From the NCBI GenBank assembly GCA_951406725.2, contig OX597821.1, positions 49,786,001 to 49,850,000 on the forward strand: a stretch of DNA of 64,000 bases, in the 5' to 3' direction. Source of the stretch: Octopus vulgaris. Its lineage: Eukaryota. How positions within the stretch are numbered: position 1 is the first letter of the stretch; each line of letters starts with the position of its first letter. The position numbers were made by a program, and so were the translations under genes. Shown here piece after piece: positions 38,796 through 53,499 of this stretch. Below the pieces are notes generated by a model, which worked only from the letters and a program-made list of their open reading frames with translations, did no database searches and was not told where the DNA came from.

Positions 38796-39412
38796 TGCTT
38801 GCCACACACTCACCCCTGCGCCTACATAATATTTCTATTTCTTTCCCGAACCACTGTGCTATTTCCGCTACTTTTACAACCATAGAATATTATCTATTTT
38901 GAGATCTTTTTTTTATTTCGCTTCTTTTGGTTTTCCTTTCTTTTCTTTTTTTTCTGGCACTTAAAAGTAGGCCTGTGGAAATGGTATATGTAATGTCACA
39001 AATACTCATTTCTTCTGGTTCTATACGTTTAAGGGTTCATGCAAATGTAACAGAATTTTAAAAAAAATCTCTGCTATGATGTAAATACAAACAGCTTCGA
39101 AGCCTTAATACTGTCAAATGATATTTATTTACCTAAAGTGTCAAAGTACCAGTTAAACGTATCATAAATATTAATCATATCCATCTGACTAAAGTTTACT
39201 TTACCAGCACCAGCTGCCTCTATCGCAGCCATCTTTCACCGCAGCCAAGAGACACTAATATAATGTTGTTGTTATTATTATTGATTAGCCCCAGGACTGC
39301 TTTGATTGGTTAGATGTAAGATCAAAGACGTTCTAGCCGTGACTACCCCGATATTTTTCACGAAGTTAATCTACGATAACGTTATTTGATAAATGCAGTA
39401 GGGTACGATTTC

Positions 39413-39506
<94 letters not shown>

Positions 39507-40324
39507 TTGGCTACTATTTTGAGCAAATCCAGCGACTACAGAATGGCAGTCTCTTTCTTTCTTTCTTTCTGTTTTGAATCGCTTCTTTCGCCTTTGTATT
39601 CTTTTAATACCGTTCCCCCCCTTTTTTTTAAAAGAAGTTGTGTGGTAGAATGGTTAGAATGTTGGACAAAATACGGTGCGATATTTGTTCTAACTCTACG
39701 TTCTGGGTTCAAACCCACCCACGTCAGCTTTGCTTTTCACCCTTCTGAAGTTAATAAAATATCAATCAAGTACGAAAGTCGATTTATTTCACTGCTTTCC
39801 TGATTTGAGGCCTTGTACTACCTGTATTAAGAAAGTCCCCAATGTAATTCATTTCAGACATATTTCCTTCATCTTTCTTTTCCTTTATTTTTGTTGTTTT
39901 AAAGTAATCCTTTTATCATTCACCTCACAGTCTGAGCCAAATGGGAAGTTTCCATGTGAGCGTTCGACTGTTACAGGTAACAACCAAGTCAGTTTCCACT
40001 ATTTTAAAATATTTCCCAACGTTAGAATTTCCTTTTTCTCGTGACAAACTAATATACAAAGCTTAAAACGTGGTACCTCAGCCTGAACTGAAGTCCTTCA
40101 GCTTTATATAGCTTTCTTATGTTTCTGTGTCTATAAATGAATTGGAAAAAAAACCCCTATAAAGCCCGAATATTGTTCGCCATTATTACTTTAAACCCTT
40201 TCTGTTCAGTTTATATCAAAATTATTATAAAATTTTTTCAAAAATTTACTATCCTTTTATTAGTTCCAGTCATTGGACTGATACTCCAGTACTCATTTTT
40301 TTATAGTCTGGTACTTATTCTATC

Positions 40325-40622
40325 GGAGGCGCAATGGTCCAGTGGTTAGGGCAGCGGACTCGCGTTTTCGATTCCCAGACCGAGCGTTGTGTGTGTTTAT
40401 TGAGCGAAAAGACCTAAAGCTCCATGAGGCTCCGGCAGGAGGTGGTGGCGACTCCTGTTGTGCTCTTTCGCCCCAGCTTTCTCTCACTCTTTCTTCCTGT
40501 TCCTTGAGTAACGCTGCGATGGACTGGCGTCCCGTCCAGCTGGGGGAACACATACGCCATAGAAACCGGGAAACCGGCCCAATAAGCCTGGCTAGGCTTG
40601 AAAAGGGCGCATAAATAAAATA
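40325..40622 (+). mobile_element. tRNA-derived SINE (head 1, tail X)
   Basis: ggcgcaatggtccagtggttagggcagcggactcgcg head; tail shared with 13715..13830. Confidence 0.8.
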
Positions 40623-40692
40623 TAACTTATTCTATCGGTGTATTTCACCAAACTGCTAAACTACGGCTACGAACCAGTAATGGTTGTCAAGT

Positions 40693-40734
<42 letters not shown>

Positions 40735-41959
40735 GGGGGACAAACACAAAGACACACACATACACACACACATATACGACGGGTTTCCACACACTTTGCA
40801 TCTATCAGACGTACCTATTTCTCCTTTGGTGACACATTCTATACAAGATTTTGAAGAAACCGTCAGTTTATTGAGGAGCACAGTATATCGTCAATACCAA
40901 AAGTACTCTAGTATTTCTTAAATATAGTTACACATAAAATAACCTACGTTCACAAGTCAACCATATGTTTAAAAAAGACATTGTTACGGTTATTTTATAA
41001 GCTTTTATTTTGTTAAGGTAGCTTTCTTCAAACTTTTAATTTTGGTAAATTTTGTATTATTTTAACCAATTCAGTTTAATTAAATCAATAGAAAGGACGA
41101 GATCTTGTAACGTTCATCAAATGGAACCTCATTTGTTATGAAAAACTCTATTAAAGTCAACATTAGTCAAGGAAACTCTTCCGGTCTTCGGTTTTATGAA
41201 TCGACTTTGTTCTATTAAAATAATGTGTCTATTCATTTGGACAAAACGTTCAGCAACAAAAGATAAATATACGTAGATGTGACAACTGAAACTGAACTAA
41301 GTATAAACATATGAAATAATTCACAAAGATTACATTTTTTCTTGTCAAACATATTAAAATGTGGATTGAAACCATTTATTTTGTACTAGAAATACAAGTG
41401 TCATTCAAAATGTTAATTGTCGGAATTTCTTATTTGTGACGACAATAGATATTTACAAGATTTCTTTCCTGTGATGTGTAAATTACTTTGGAGTTAATCC
41501 AGTAATTCGGAAAATTTTAATGCGATAGTTCAAATCGATGAATCGTGTTTTTAACATTCCACATTATACATGAGGAACAGGTGGTCCGTTCCCCTTGTTA
41601 GATGTAGGTGTTTCACATGCAGTTCACTGTTAATTCTTTTACTGATATTCTTCCAGAAGTCTCCTATCTCGTTGGGATTTTTTTTATATAGCCTTGTGTA
41701 TGCTTTGAGTTGTTTGGATGACTTTTATGTGTGTTAGTGTGCAGCTTCTGCCGACGCCATCACCACAGAAGCAACAACATCAGAAGCCAAAAAATGAGAA
41801 AAGAAACATAGTAGCAGCGCCAATGTTAACAAGCAGATACTCCAGCAGCAGTGATAGGAACTACAACACGAAAAGCAGCAACCGCGACAGTAGCAATAAC
41901 AGCAACGGCGATAGCTGTGGCAACAATAACAAGAACAACAAAAACATCAACAGTGGGAT

Positions 41960-43090
41960 CAACAGCAAGAAAACGGACTCCATGCAGCATTTAAGTCTCA
42001 TTGTGCCACAACATCTCCTGAACAGTAAAGAAACAAATGAAAGCAATATCATGAGATTTGGCAGAGAACTCTCGAACAAGTACTACAACTGCTCCATCTG
42101 AACCAAAGTGTGGCTGAAGTGACCTACTTAAAATAGAGACTTGGAAAAGAAATGCTCATCATACCAACAGAAAGTGATGCATGGGTACACACCCTACAAG
42201 CTAGATATCATCAGCAACATTTACAGGTGTAGATAAGTACATTACATCTCACCGAGAAGGTTGTTAATTTCCTATCCAAGGACAAGAGATGGTTACGATA
42301 TATCTGATCTACAAAAGAGTTCAGGATACCTCTAAACCTCCCCGCTGTGACAGAAAGTGTCGATTGTGTCATACTGTCCTGGAAGATGTTATTGGGTTGT
42401 CCGGAAAGTTCATGCTGATTTATAGTTGCTTATCTTTCGACTTATTTTAGAACATGGTTGAGTCCATAAAATAGGATTTGACTACATCTCCATTTAGAGC
42501 ACAGTTTAAGCTATCTTTTCGTGGAAGAAGGTTTAATGTTCCTATAACCTGTGTTAATTCTGTAACCCTTTAAAATAAAAGATAAGAAAGTTCCTTTTCG
42601 GCACTTGATGCTTTGGGAACCAGACAAAAATTCCTGCAGCTCGGCTGGAATGCGTTACCCCACCCTCCATATTCACCAGATATTGCTCCTTCGGATTTCC
42701 ACTTATTCAGGTCTCTGCAGAATAGTCTTAATGGTAAAAATTTCAATTCCTTGAATGACATAAAAAGATACCTTGATAAATTCTTTGCCATGAAACCACC
42801 TCAATTCTGAAAAGAGGGTATTTTCAAGTTAAAGGAAAGATGGAGACGCATTGTGCAACAAAATGGTTCTTATTTGGTTGATTAAAAATGTAAAGGCAAG
42901 TATTTACTGGCCTTTTTCTTTCCTTTAAAAATCGGCATGAGCTTTCCGGACAACCTAATACTTATATCATCAATAGTTGTCCAAAATGTCTGCAAGATAC
43001 CACCTTCTAACGAGACATAATATTGTCGCTAAGACAGTCTACAATGCTATACACAAGAAAGATTGTCCTGACTGGCAAACCACAGACTCA
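41960..43090 (+). mobile_element. Highly degenerate R4/Dong-like LINE fragment split by a mariner derivative
   Basis: gaagatgtta|...|tacttatatcatcaatagttgtccaaaatgtc...gagacataatattgtcgctaagacagtc aligns with the THIISSCPKMS...RHDVVART region of 59750..59850. Confidence 0.55.
42392..42958 (+). mobile_element. Internally deleted mariner (567 bp)
   Basis: TA|ttgggttgtccggaaagttcatgctgattt...aaatcggcatgagctttccggacaacctaa|TA; retains LPHPPYSPDIAPSDFHLFRSLQNSL. Confidence 0.92.
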
Positions 43091-43176
43091 CCATAATAAA
43101 ATCGCTAGACTTTTAAAAATATAAAATACTGGCTGGAATTCCAACAAAAATAGCCATTGCGTGTAAGAACAACAGG

Positions 43177-43355
43177 TGTGGAGGCGCAGTGGCCCAGTGG
43201 TTAGGGCAGCGGACTCGCGGTCGTAAGAACGCGGTTTCGATTCCCAGACCGGGCATTGTGAGTGTTTATTGAGCAAAGACACATAAGCACCACGAGGCTC
43301 CGGCGGGGGTGGGGAGGTGAACCCCGCTGTACTCTTTCACAACAAATTTCTCTTC
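43177..43355 (+). mobile_element. tRNA-derived SINE head 1
   Basis: A box tggcccagtgg, B box ggtttcgattccc. Confidence 0.75.
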
Positions 43356-43978
43356 CTAGTTCTGCCACAAAGCAGAGGAACCCCTATGGTGTGGTAAACT
43401 TTCAGATCCTAGTCTAGATTGCGAATCCTCTGTACCTCAGGATGGTTCAGTTCCCCACCCGTTAAAAGCTATCGTTTACGGAATGAGGATAACAACGTAG
43501 CTTTCGCGCCCGTGCAACCGCCAGTCTATCGCGTGTGGTGGATGGATCTTCAAGTTGTCACACGCATTCTTAGTAGCTTAGAGTATGCTCGAAAAGGAGA
43601 TTATTCTTTGTCCTGACTGGAAGAAGAAGAATAACAACAACAGGCCAGATATTGAAAGGAAACAAATGTCGTGCACTATTGTAGAGATCAATTGCCCCGC
43701 ATGTGCAAATGTCTCTTCAAAAACTGGGAAAACGGAGAACTGATGAGAGGCCTACCGCATTAGTGATCCAAGCAATAAATTTTCATTTGCCCCTATTATC
43801 ATAGATGCGAGAGCTACTCAACATAGAAACCTAAAAACACCCCTGTCCTCCAAAAGAAAAAGAGCAAACTGATTCGCATTCTCTAGATACAATCAATAAG
43901 AACTGAAAACTTGTAAAACATTTCAGGGATTCTGTACCTGAGAATGGTTGAACATATGCAATCAGGCACGCGCGCGCG

Positions 43979-44014
<36 letters not shown>

Positions 44015-44061
44015 TTTCAAACTTAGGATATCCTTCAGATAATGCAACCTTCAGATAATTA

Positions 44062-44445
44062 AGGTAGCTTGCTTATCAACCACATGGTCCCGGGTTCAGT
44101 CCCACTGCGTGGCACTTTGGGCAAGTGTCTTCTACTATAGCCTCGGGCAGACCAAAGCCTTGTGAGTGGATTTGGTAGATGGAAACTGAAAAAAGCCCGT
44201 CATATACATGTATATATGTATAATGCATATATATATATATGTATGTGTGTTTGTGTTTGTCCCCCCACCCAACATCGTTTGATGTTGGGGGTGTGTTTAC
44301 GTCCCCGTAACTTAGCTGTTCGGCAAAAGAGCTTGATAGAATAAGTACTAGGCTTACAAAGAATAAGTCCTGGGGTCGATTTGCTCGACTAAAAGCGGTT
44401 CTCTAGCATGGCCGTAGTCAAATGACTGAAACAAGTAAAAGAGTA
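44062..44445 (+). mobile_element. 8448-type SINE
   Basis: Aligns with 8465..8850. Confidence 0.85.
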
Positions 44446-44933
44446 TTTCATGTGTAGCTAGCTGGGTACCGCTCATTCGGTAATTATTACATCAGAGGGT
44501 CGGCTAGCTAGGAAACATGTGTAGCCTGGATTTTACATGCTCCACACTCCCAATTTGGATTTTTTTTTTTGCATTCATAGCAACTCAAGTTTCTAACCGT
44601 GAACTATAAACATTTTTGCAGCTTATCGAACTTCAATATAAGAAAAGCCGACAACCTTATTGTTCCTGAACGTTGTTTTTTGCAAATATATATCTTTCTG
44701 TTTAGAGTGTCGGGTTCACTATCATGACTTAGTTGGCTCGATTCCTGGACCAGGCTGTGTGTTGTGTTTTTCAGCAAGACTTTATTTTACATTACTCCAG
44801 TTCACCCCAGTTCCCTTAGCAGTAAAAATTAGTTGCGACGTCACTGCTACATAGCTGTATTGACCTCTCATTTCCCTTGAAAAAGATCAGTGGTGTGAAG
44901 GTGGACTGGTATGCATGAGCAATTCTTGGTCTT

Positions 44934-45503
<570 letters not shown>

Positions 45504-45519
45504 TCATATATATATATAT

Positions 45520-46135
45520 ATATGAATAAAAAATGGAGTTAACGCAGGTGTAAACAAATATTTTTACTTTCGACACATGTTTCGAAAATTCCCCTGATAC
45601 TATTCAAAAGAATAAATGGTATAAACAATGCAATCTTCTCTTCGTGCATATAAGTAGTCTCTATCAGTATATATAATTTAAACTTTAATTTCCTTTATAT
45701 TTAACATTCACTATTAATATCCCTACTCTTTCTGTTAGCTACTTATGACGTTATATCATATAACGTTTTTTTAAATAATATTAATAGCGTTCTGTCTATC
45801 GCTATACAAATCCATCATTTTTTGCTAAAATGTCGTATTGACGAGTTTCGTTTTTTTCACTTTCCCGAAGAGAAGATTGCATTGTTTATACCATTTATTC
45901 TTTTGAATAGTATGAGTGGAATTTTCGAAACATGTGTCGAAAGTAAAAATATTTGTTTACACCTGCGTTAACTCCATTTTTTATTCATATTATTCAAATA
46001 TTCAACGTAAATACGAAGTTTCTACCTTTATAAACAAGGAGTTACAACATCTTTACTTGTGATATTTTTGCTGCCCTGGTAACTATTTATTTATTTTTCC
46101 GTGTTAATTGTTAACAAGGTAAAAATACACTCATC
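45520..46135. mobile_element. PLE-type insertion with 125-bp inverted repeat inside (TA)n
   Basis: 45520..45644 versus 45866..45990, two mismatches seen; (TA)n on both flanks. Confidence 0.8.
45859..45944 (+). ncRNA. Type I hammerhead ribozyme motif (U4C variant, long stem II insert)
   Basis: ACTTTC-CCGAAGA-GAAGATT...AATTTTC-GAAAC-ATGT-GTC-GAAAGT: 6-bp stem I, 7-bp stem II, palindromic ACATGT, GUC triplet. Confidence 0.7.
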
Positions 46136-46173
<38 letters not shown>

Positions 46174-46358
46174 ACTTTTTTGAATTATTCAGCTGCAGCC
46201 ATGCCGGGGCACCGCCTTGAAGGATTTTAGTCGAAGAAACTAAACACACAGAACTTAATTTTTAAAGCCTGGTATTGACTCTGTTAGTCTCTCATGCCGA
46301 ACAGCTAAGTAACGGAGTTGTAAACAAATCAACACCGTTGATGGCGACAAGTATAAAT

Positions 46359-46448
<90 letters not shown>

Positions 46449-47237
46449 GCACACAATGGGCTTTTTCTCAGTTTCTGTCTACCAAATCTACTCGCAAAGA
46501 TTTTGTTGGCCCGGATTTATAGTAGATGCCACACAGGATTGAAACTGAAATCATGTAGTTGGGAAGCAAACTTCTTATCACATATCCACTCTTGCATCTA
46601 TCTATTTATCTCTTCATCTATATGCAACGCGCGCGCGCGCGCGCGCGTGTGTATGCAGTTCATATTGTGACAATTGACATTAATGATGGGTGGCGTATAT
46701 CAAAATCAAAGCTACTGTAACAAAATAGATATTGTAATCAGATGCAAATTCCACACAAAAATCAAACAAAAAAGAAATCCCAAAACATCAATGCGACTGG
46801 AACCTGAAGAACTAAAATAAAACAATCTTGAGGATAATACCTTCCCTTACAAAGATAATGAATAATTGAATAGAGTAAAACACGAACACTGTCATAAGCT
46901 ATTGTTTTATATCCTGTTTATGTCGGCCATGCCTATCCCAGATCAAGACAGACTTTCATAATGTATAAATATGTTGAACAATAGACTAATTTAGTATAAA
47001 ATTTAGCTTAAGTGGAAATGAGTAGTGTGTTTGTGTACGTGTCTGTGTGTCTGTGTGTCAATGTGCCTATCTGAGTGAGTCTGTATTTTCGGTGGCTTTT
47101 TATTTGTTAATATTCAATCCACAAGCGAGTATTCAGTTGAACTGTGCAGTTAAATATGACCTCCTGAAACTAAGTTGCAGAGACGCAGTAGTCAAATAAG
47201 ACACCTACCTACCTACTTACCTATCCATCCATCTATA

Positions 47238-47326
<89 letters not shown>

Positions 47327-47347
47327 GTCTGTCTATCTATCTATATA

Positions 47348-47486
<139 letters not shown>

Positions 47487-47828
47487 CCAGTAGTGTCTAT
47501 TCTACGGTGACAAAAGCTAAGCTAATGAAACCTGTCCTCATCCATCGAAAAACTCTTCTATTCCAACATTTTACTGCATCCCTGAAACAAGCCATTGGTC
47601 CATCCCACCTCTTCCGAGTGATTTAACAGCTCGTAAAACACAAGAACAGTAAAGAACAGAGGGAAAAGAACGCGCAACCCACATTTTTACAGGCAGCTTA
47701 TTTGGTAAGGTACCTATCTACCTATCTATTCATCTTTCTAATGCTTTTTTAAAAAATTTATCTGTCTGTCTACTTGACTGATTGTCTGTCAATCTACATA
47801 TGTTGCTGTGTGTGCGTGTATGAGTGCG

Positions 47829-47868
<40 letters not shown>

Positions 47869-48111
47869 TATATTATATTATATATATATATATATACACT
47901 CACACACATACAAAAGTACAAACATCTACATACATAAAAATACACACACACATACACACATAAATTAAAAAGATATAAATGCACAAACAAAAGGAAAACA
48001 GACTCAGGTCACCAAACCCTAATCAGTCATCGACCAGAGGGTCAAAAGCAATTTCAGGCCTTCATACATATATGTATATATGCGTGTGCGTATGTGTGTG
48101 TGTATACATAG

Positions 48112-48309
<198 letters not shown>

Positions 48310-48769
48310 TAATCTTGTTGCTGTTGTTTCTCTGTTTATTGTTTTTGTTATTGATTATGATGCTACAAATAGATTATATGTGTGCATGTGTGTGTGTGTA
48401 TGTGTGTGTGTGTGCGCGTGTGTGTGTGTATGTGTGTGTGTGTGTGTGGGTGCGTGTGTGCGCGCGCGTGTGTGTGTGTATAATTAGTGATTATTTACAT
48501 AGCTATATAATAGCATCTCCGATCAGAGTATCATAAACTCTCAGATGTAGGGAAAGGTTGAGATACAGTAAAGAGTATTATTATATGCCACGGAGAATTA
48601 CTAGGGAGATTAGAATGTAGAGAAAACGAGGATAATTAAGTTGGCAAATTCAAATTGCAGCTACTAATTTAGAGTGTAACTCGGTCTATTTGGCCGTCCA
48701 ACCGAGATAATGAAAACAAACACGGCGGGTGTGTATTTTTTTCTTTCAGTCTGGATTTCATTTTAATCC

Positions 48770-48864
<95 letters not shown>

Positions 48865-48900
48865 CAGACGTAGACGTGCAAAAACAGAGATAGAATGAGT

Positions 48901-48940
<40 letters not shown>

Positions 48941-49086
48941 AGAGAGGATAGAGAGACAGACAATGTGTGTATCGTGTGTGCATTCGTTCGTATGACTGAA
49001 TGTGGGTGTACGCATCTAATACATACATGTGTGTATGTGTGTGTATATATATATATATATACACATATATATATAAATACATACAT

Positions 49087-49153
<67 letters not shown>

Positions 49154-49269
49154 TATGTATATATACATATATATATATAAATTTATAAATGAGGGTGAAA
49201 AATTGATATTAATTTAATAATACCATTAATTTAACATATTTAACATATATATATATACACACACACACG

Positions 49270-49308
<39 letters not shown>

Positions 49309-49311
<3 letters not shown>

Positions 49312-49680
49312 GGTGTTTTTACTCAATAAACACTCAAACGCCCGGTCTGGGAATCGAAACCGCGATCCTACGACCGCGAGTCCGCTGCCCTAACCACTGG
49401 GCCATTGCCCCTCCACAACGTTCCGGCAGGGATGGTGGTGATCCCTGTTGTACTCTTTCACGGCAACTTTCTCTCACTCTTACTTCCTGTTTCTGTTGCA
49501 CCTGTATTTCAAGGGGCCGGCCTTGTCACTCTCTGTGTCACGCTGAATATCCCCGAGAACTGCGTTAAGGGTACACGTGTCTGTGGAGTGCTCAGCCACT
49601 TGCACGTTAATTTCACGAGCAGGCTGTTCCGTTGATCGGATCAACCGGAACCCTCGTCGTCGTAACCGACGGAGTGCTTC
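49309..49680. mobile_element. tRNA-derived SINE (head 1, tail Y) with inverted 5' head
   Basis: 49309..49416 is the head on the minus strand; 49421..49680 is the body and tail on the plus strand. Confidence 0.8.
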
Positions 49681-49709
49681 AATATATATATATTTTTATA
49701 TATATATAT

Positions 49710-49892
<183 letters not shown>

Positions 49893-50351
49893 CGCAGGAG
49901 TGGCTGAGTAGTAAATAGCTTGCTTCTCAACCACATGGTTCCTGGTTCAGTCTCACTGCGTAGCACCTTGGGCAAGTGTCCTCTGCTATAGCCTCGTGCT
50001 AACCTAAGAGTTGTGAGGAGATTTGGTCGACGGAAACATGTTGGTATGTATTTGCGTATCTGTGTTTGATCCCACACCATCGCTTGACAATCGTAAACTA
50101 GCGGTTTGCCAAAAGGACCTGATAGAATAAGTACCTATGCATTAAAAAGAATAAGTCCTGGGGTCGATTTCTTCGACTAAAGGTGGTGCTTCAGCATGGC
50201 CGCAGTCAAGACTGAATCAAGCAAAAGAGTAAAAGAATAAAGAATAGGAGAATATATACACACACTTACGCACATAGATATACGTACATACATACATACA
50301 TATATATATGTATATATGTATCAATCTATACATACATACATAAACATATGT

Positions 50352-50409
<58 letters not shown>

Positions 50410-50552
50410 GTATATGTATGTATATATATCCATCTATCAATAAATTTATCTTTCTGTACATACATACGGATATATAAACACACATACATAGATATTCGTT
50501 AAAAGTCGTATGTGTACACCACAAGGTTCATCACAATTAGCTCTAACAAGGT

Positions 50553-50565
50553 AATCATCATCATC

Positions 50566-50631
<66 letters not shown>

Positions 50632-50703
50632 TTCTTCTTCTTCTTCTTCTTCTTCTTCTTCTTCTTCTTCTTCTTCTTCTTCTTCTTCTTCTTCTTCTTC
50701 TTC
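50553..50703. repeat. Compound (ATC)n-(TTC)n microsatellite
   Basis: Seen directly. Confidence 0.95.
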
Positions 50704-50811
50704 TCAGGTACAATTCATACTCATTTCATTTCTTTATGTTCATACACACGTACGTGCGTACATACATACATACATGCATACATACATAGATACATTTATA
50801 CATAACAATAT

Positions 50812-51357
50812 ACACAGACATGCCGGAATTAAATAGGAAACCTTTAATTTTCAAAATCTCTTATTTTATATGCAAAGCGAACAATTGAAATGTAATCGAT
50901 AGGTAGGACTACATACTTTAGTATTTAGTTGATATTCCCTTTACAGTTTTTTTATTCAGAAACTCTTTTTGGCACTGAACTGATTAGCTTTGTGATTGTC
51001 TTTTGCGGAATTTCTGCCCACTTTTCACTCAACAATCGAAATAATTCATCTTTAGATTTAGGCTTCTGTCGAGTTTTTCGTATAGCTTTATCTAGTATGC
51101 TTCAAATATTTTCAATTAGGTTCATGTCAGGAGATTGGCTCGGCCAAGGAAGCCTTTTGATCCCATTTTCAGTCAACCATTGTTGATTCCTTTAAGCTGT
51201 GTGGCATGGAGCCCCATCTTCCATGAATAAAAACTCATTTTTCGTTATGTTATCGTGTGAATACATCGGAAGTAGTCCTTGCTTAAGTATTTCGATGTAT
51301 TTTTCTGAGTTTATGGTTCCAACACATTCGATCAGCTCAGAACGACTATTCAAATGT
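50812..51357 (-). mobile_element. Tc1-family (DD34E) transposon 3' fragment
   Basis: Minus-strand translation FMEDGAPCHTA*...LPWPSQSPDMNLIENI*: 34 residues between D and E, with in-frame stops. Confidence 0.88.
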
Positions 51358-51419
51358 GGAATTTATTTATTCTAGGCATTTATTTATTCTAGGATTGCAG
51401 AAAAGATACCACAAAATAT

Positions 51420-53212
51420 TTAGAAGCGAGTAGTTTTTCGCGATTTACGCTTATACTGTAAATTACTTTCACAAATAAGCGACCAAATATAGTCTCCCAT
51501 CATGTTTTCGTTATACGATCCATGGTAACGGCGCTCAAAGTCCATTATATCTTGGTAGAATCGCTCGCCTTGCTCCTCCGAGTACGCTCCCATGTTGTCC
51601 TTGAATTTATCAAGATGAGCGTCAAGGGTGTGGACTTTGAGGGACATCCTGCAGCCCATTTTGCTGTAGTTTTTCACCAGCCAACAAATTCTACATAGTT
51701 TAGGGCTTTGGGGTTTTTCCAGGAACCCACGAACCACAACAACAAAGCTGTTCCATGCTGATTCCTCTGTCTCAGTGAGCTTCTTGGGGAATTCCTTGCA
51801 CTCTAAGATCTTTCTTATTTGTAGTCCGACGAAGACACCGGCTTTCACTTTTGCCTCAAACAGCTTAAGGGAAAAGTCTTTAAGATATCTGATCTAGAGC
51901 CGAAACAAACTGTTTTATAAGACCCAGTTTTATGTGCAGTGGAGGAAACAATACTTCTCGTAGGTCTAACAGTGGTTCCTATTTGATGTTTTGCTTTCCG
52001 ACACTAAACTCGGTCCGCTGTGGCCAGTCTCGCCTCTGGTAGTGTTCTGTGGTCATCCTGCTGTTCCAAAGACAAAGATAACATGGGAACTTGGTAAAGC
52101 CACCTTGGAGACCCATCAGAAAGGTCACCATTTTAAAGCCTCCAATAACCTCCCAACCGTACTCTTCATATTTCAAGGGGCGCCACTCGCTAGAGTTACA
52201 AGCGATTCCAATAGCCTAAAACAAACCAGTCAGATTGTGGCAAAGCCTACCTTGACTGGTGAAAAAATTTGAAAAATACTGGTTGCGCTTTTTCTGACAT
52301 GTGACTTGCACACCTTCATATAACAAATTCCACTGCTGGAGTCTCGATGTCAAAAGTTCAGCATTGGACTTTGTGAGACCAAGATCTCTGATAAGGTCGT
52401 TGAGGTTTTTTTGGTTGGGGTAGTGTGGGTTTCTCTCTTTAGCTGTATCAATGAAATCTGGATCAACGATTTCAATCTCTTCTGACGTGTTGCTCTCTTC
52501 TGAAGGTAGCTGCTCTCTCTTTGGAAAAGTGGGTACTGGCAGCTCAGGGCAGTGTGGAACTGGGGCGATTGATGACAGAAGATCTGAATACATAATAGCA
52601 AGTGCATTCTTGCCAGCGCGAGGTCTGGAAGGGTCAGTCATGCAGAAGAAGTATTTGTTTGAGTGGTCAGTTGTTTCTCTCCAAATTCGTGGTATTGCGA
52701 ATTTCATGGCTCTCTTTTCCCCGTGTACCATTCTGCAAAAGAGCAAAATAAAAATATAAGTATAAAAATACAAATATATTACACTTGCCTTCCCAATCAT
52801 TCATCCTCTTCCACCCGTAAAGAAATATTTACAATTACAGATGTATTTACATCAGTCATTGTATTGTACTTGATTTTGCATATTATATTTTCATTAAATA
52901 GAGTATACATATTTTCTGGTTAAAAAGAGGAAAGAAAATAGGAAAATAATCCAAAATATTTACACTTAAAAATCCCACTATCCAAATAAGCAAAATTTTC
53001 CATCATACTTTCTAGAGTGTTTTTGAAGAGTTCGCAATGAAATGAGATGCCCAGGGTTTATTCTGATCCCCGACAGGAATGCTGAAATATGCCTTGTAGA
53101 GCTCACACATTTTAGCAGATGTTACATAGTACTTTTTTACTCTTCTCTTGATAAATTCACCGCAGATATAACAGAATTCATCTGCCGGATGCTCACAACC
53201 TCTTGATGCCTT
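51420..53212 (-). mobile_element. Chapaev3-like (CMC) transposase pseudogene with one intron (52733..53008)
   Basis: Exon 1 ASRGCEHPADEFCYICGEFI...YKAYFSIPVGDQNKPWASHF. Exon 2 MKFAIPRIWRE, LNDLIRDLGLTKSNAELLTSRL, GLQGGFTKFPCYLCLWNSR, SEEQGERFYQDI, MMGDYIWSL. The start codon appears mutated (AAG); frameshifts present. Confidence 0.85.
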
Positions 53213-53499
53213 TTATGACAAATGCAGCTATCAATAACGCTGTGTGTCCACTATGACAGCTAGAAATAGACTGAACTAAAGAGTCTAAGTTTCCTGAATC
53301 CTTTTATTTATAGTGCAGTCAGTGTTGCCAGAATGTTTTAGAAATAAATATAGAGACATGTTTACATGCTGCTTTTCAACTCAAACGCAGTTCAACTACC
53401 TGTGATATATATATATATATATATATAATTATTTTAAAAACATTAATTCAGATTACAATGTCATATATAAATATTATTTTTAAAGCATCAATGTTCTGG

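Noticed and set aside
43177-43255. tRNA-like sequences with A and B boxes (also 9020, 13900, 40325, 49340)
   Set aside because: They continue into SINE bodies and lack a complete acceptor stem; they are SINE heads, not tRNA genes.
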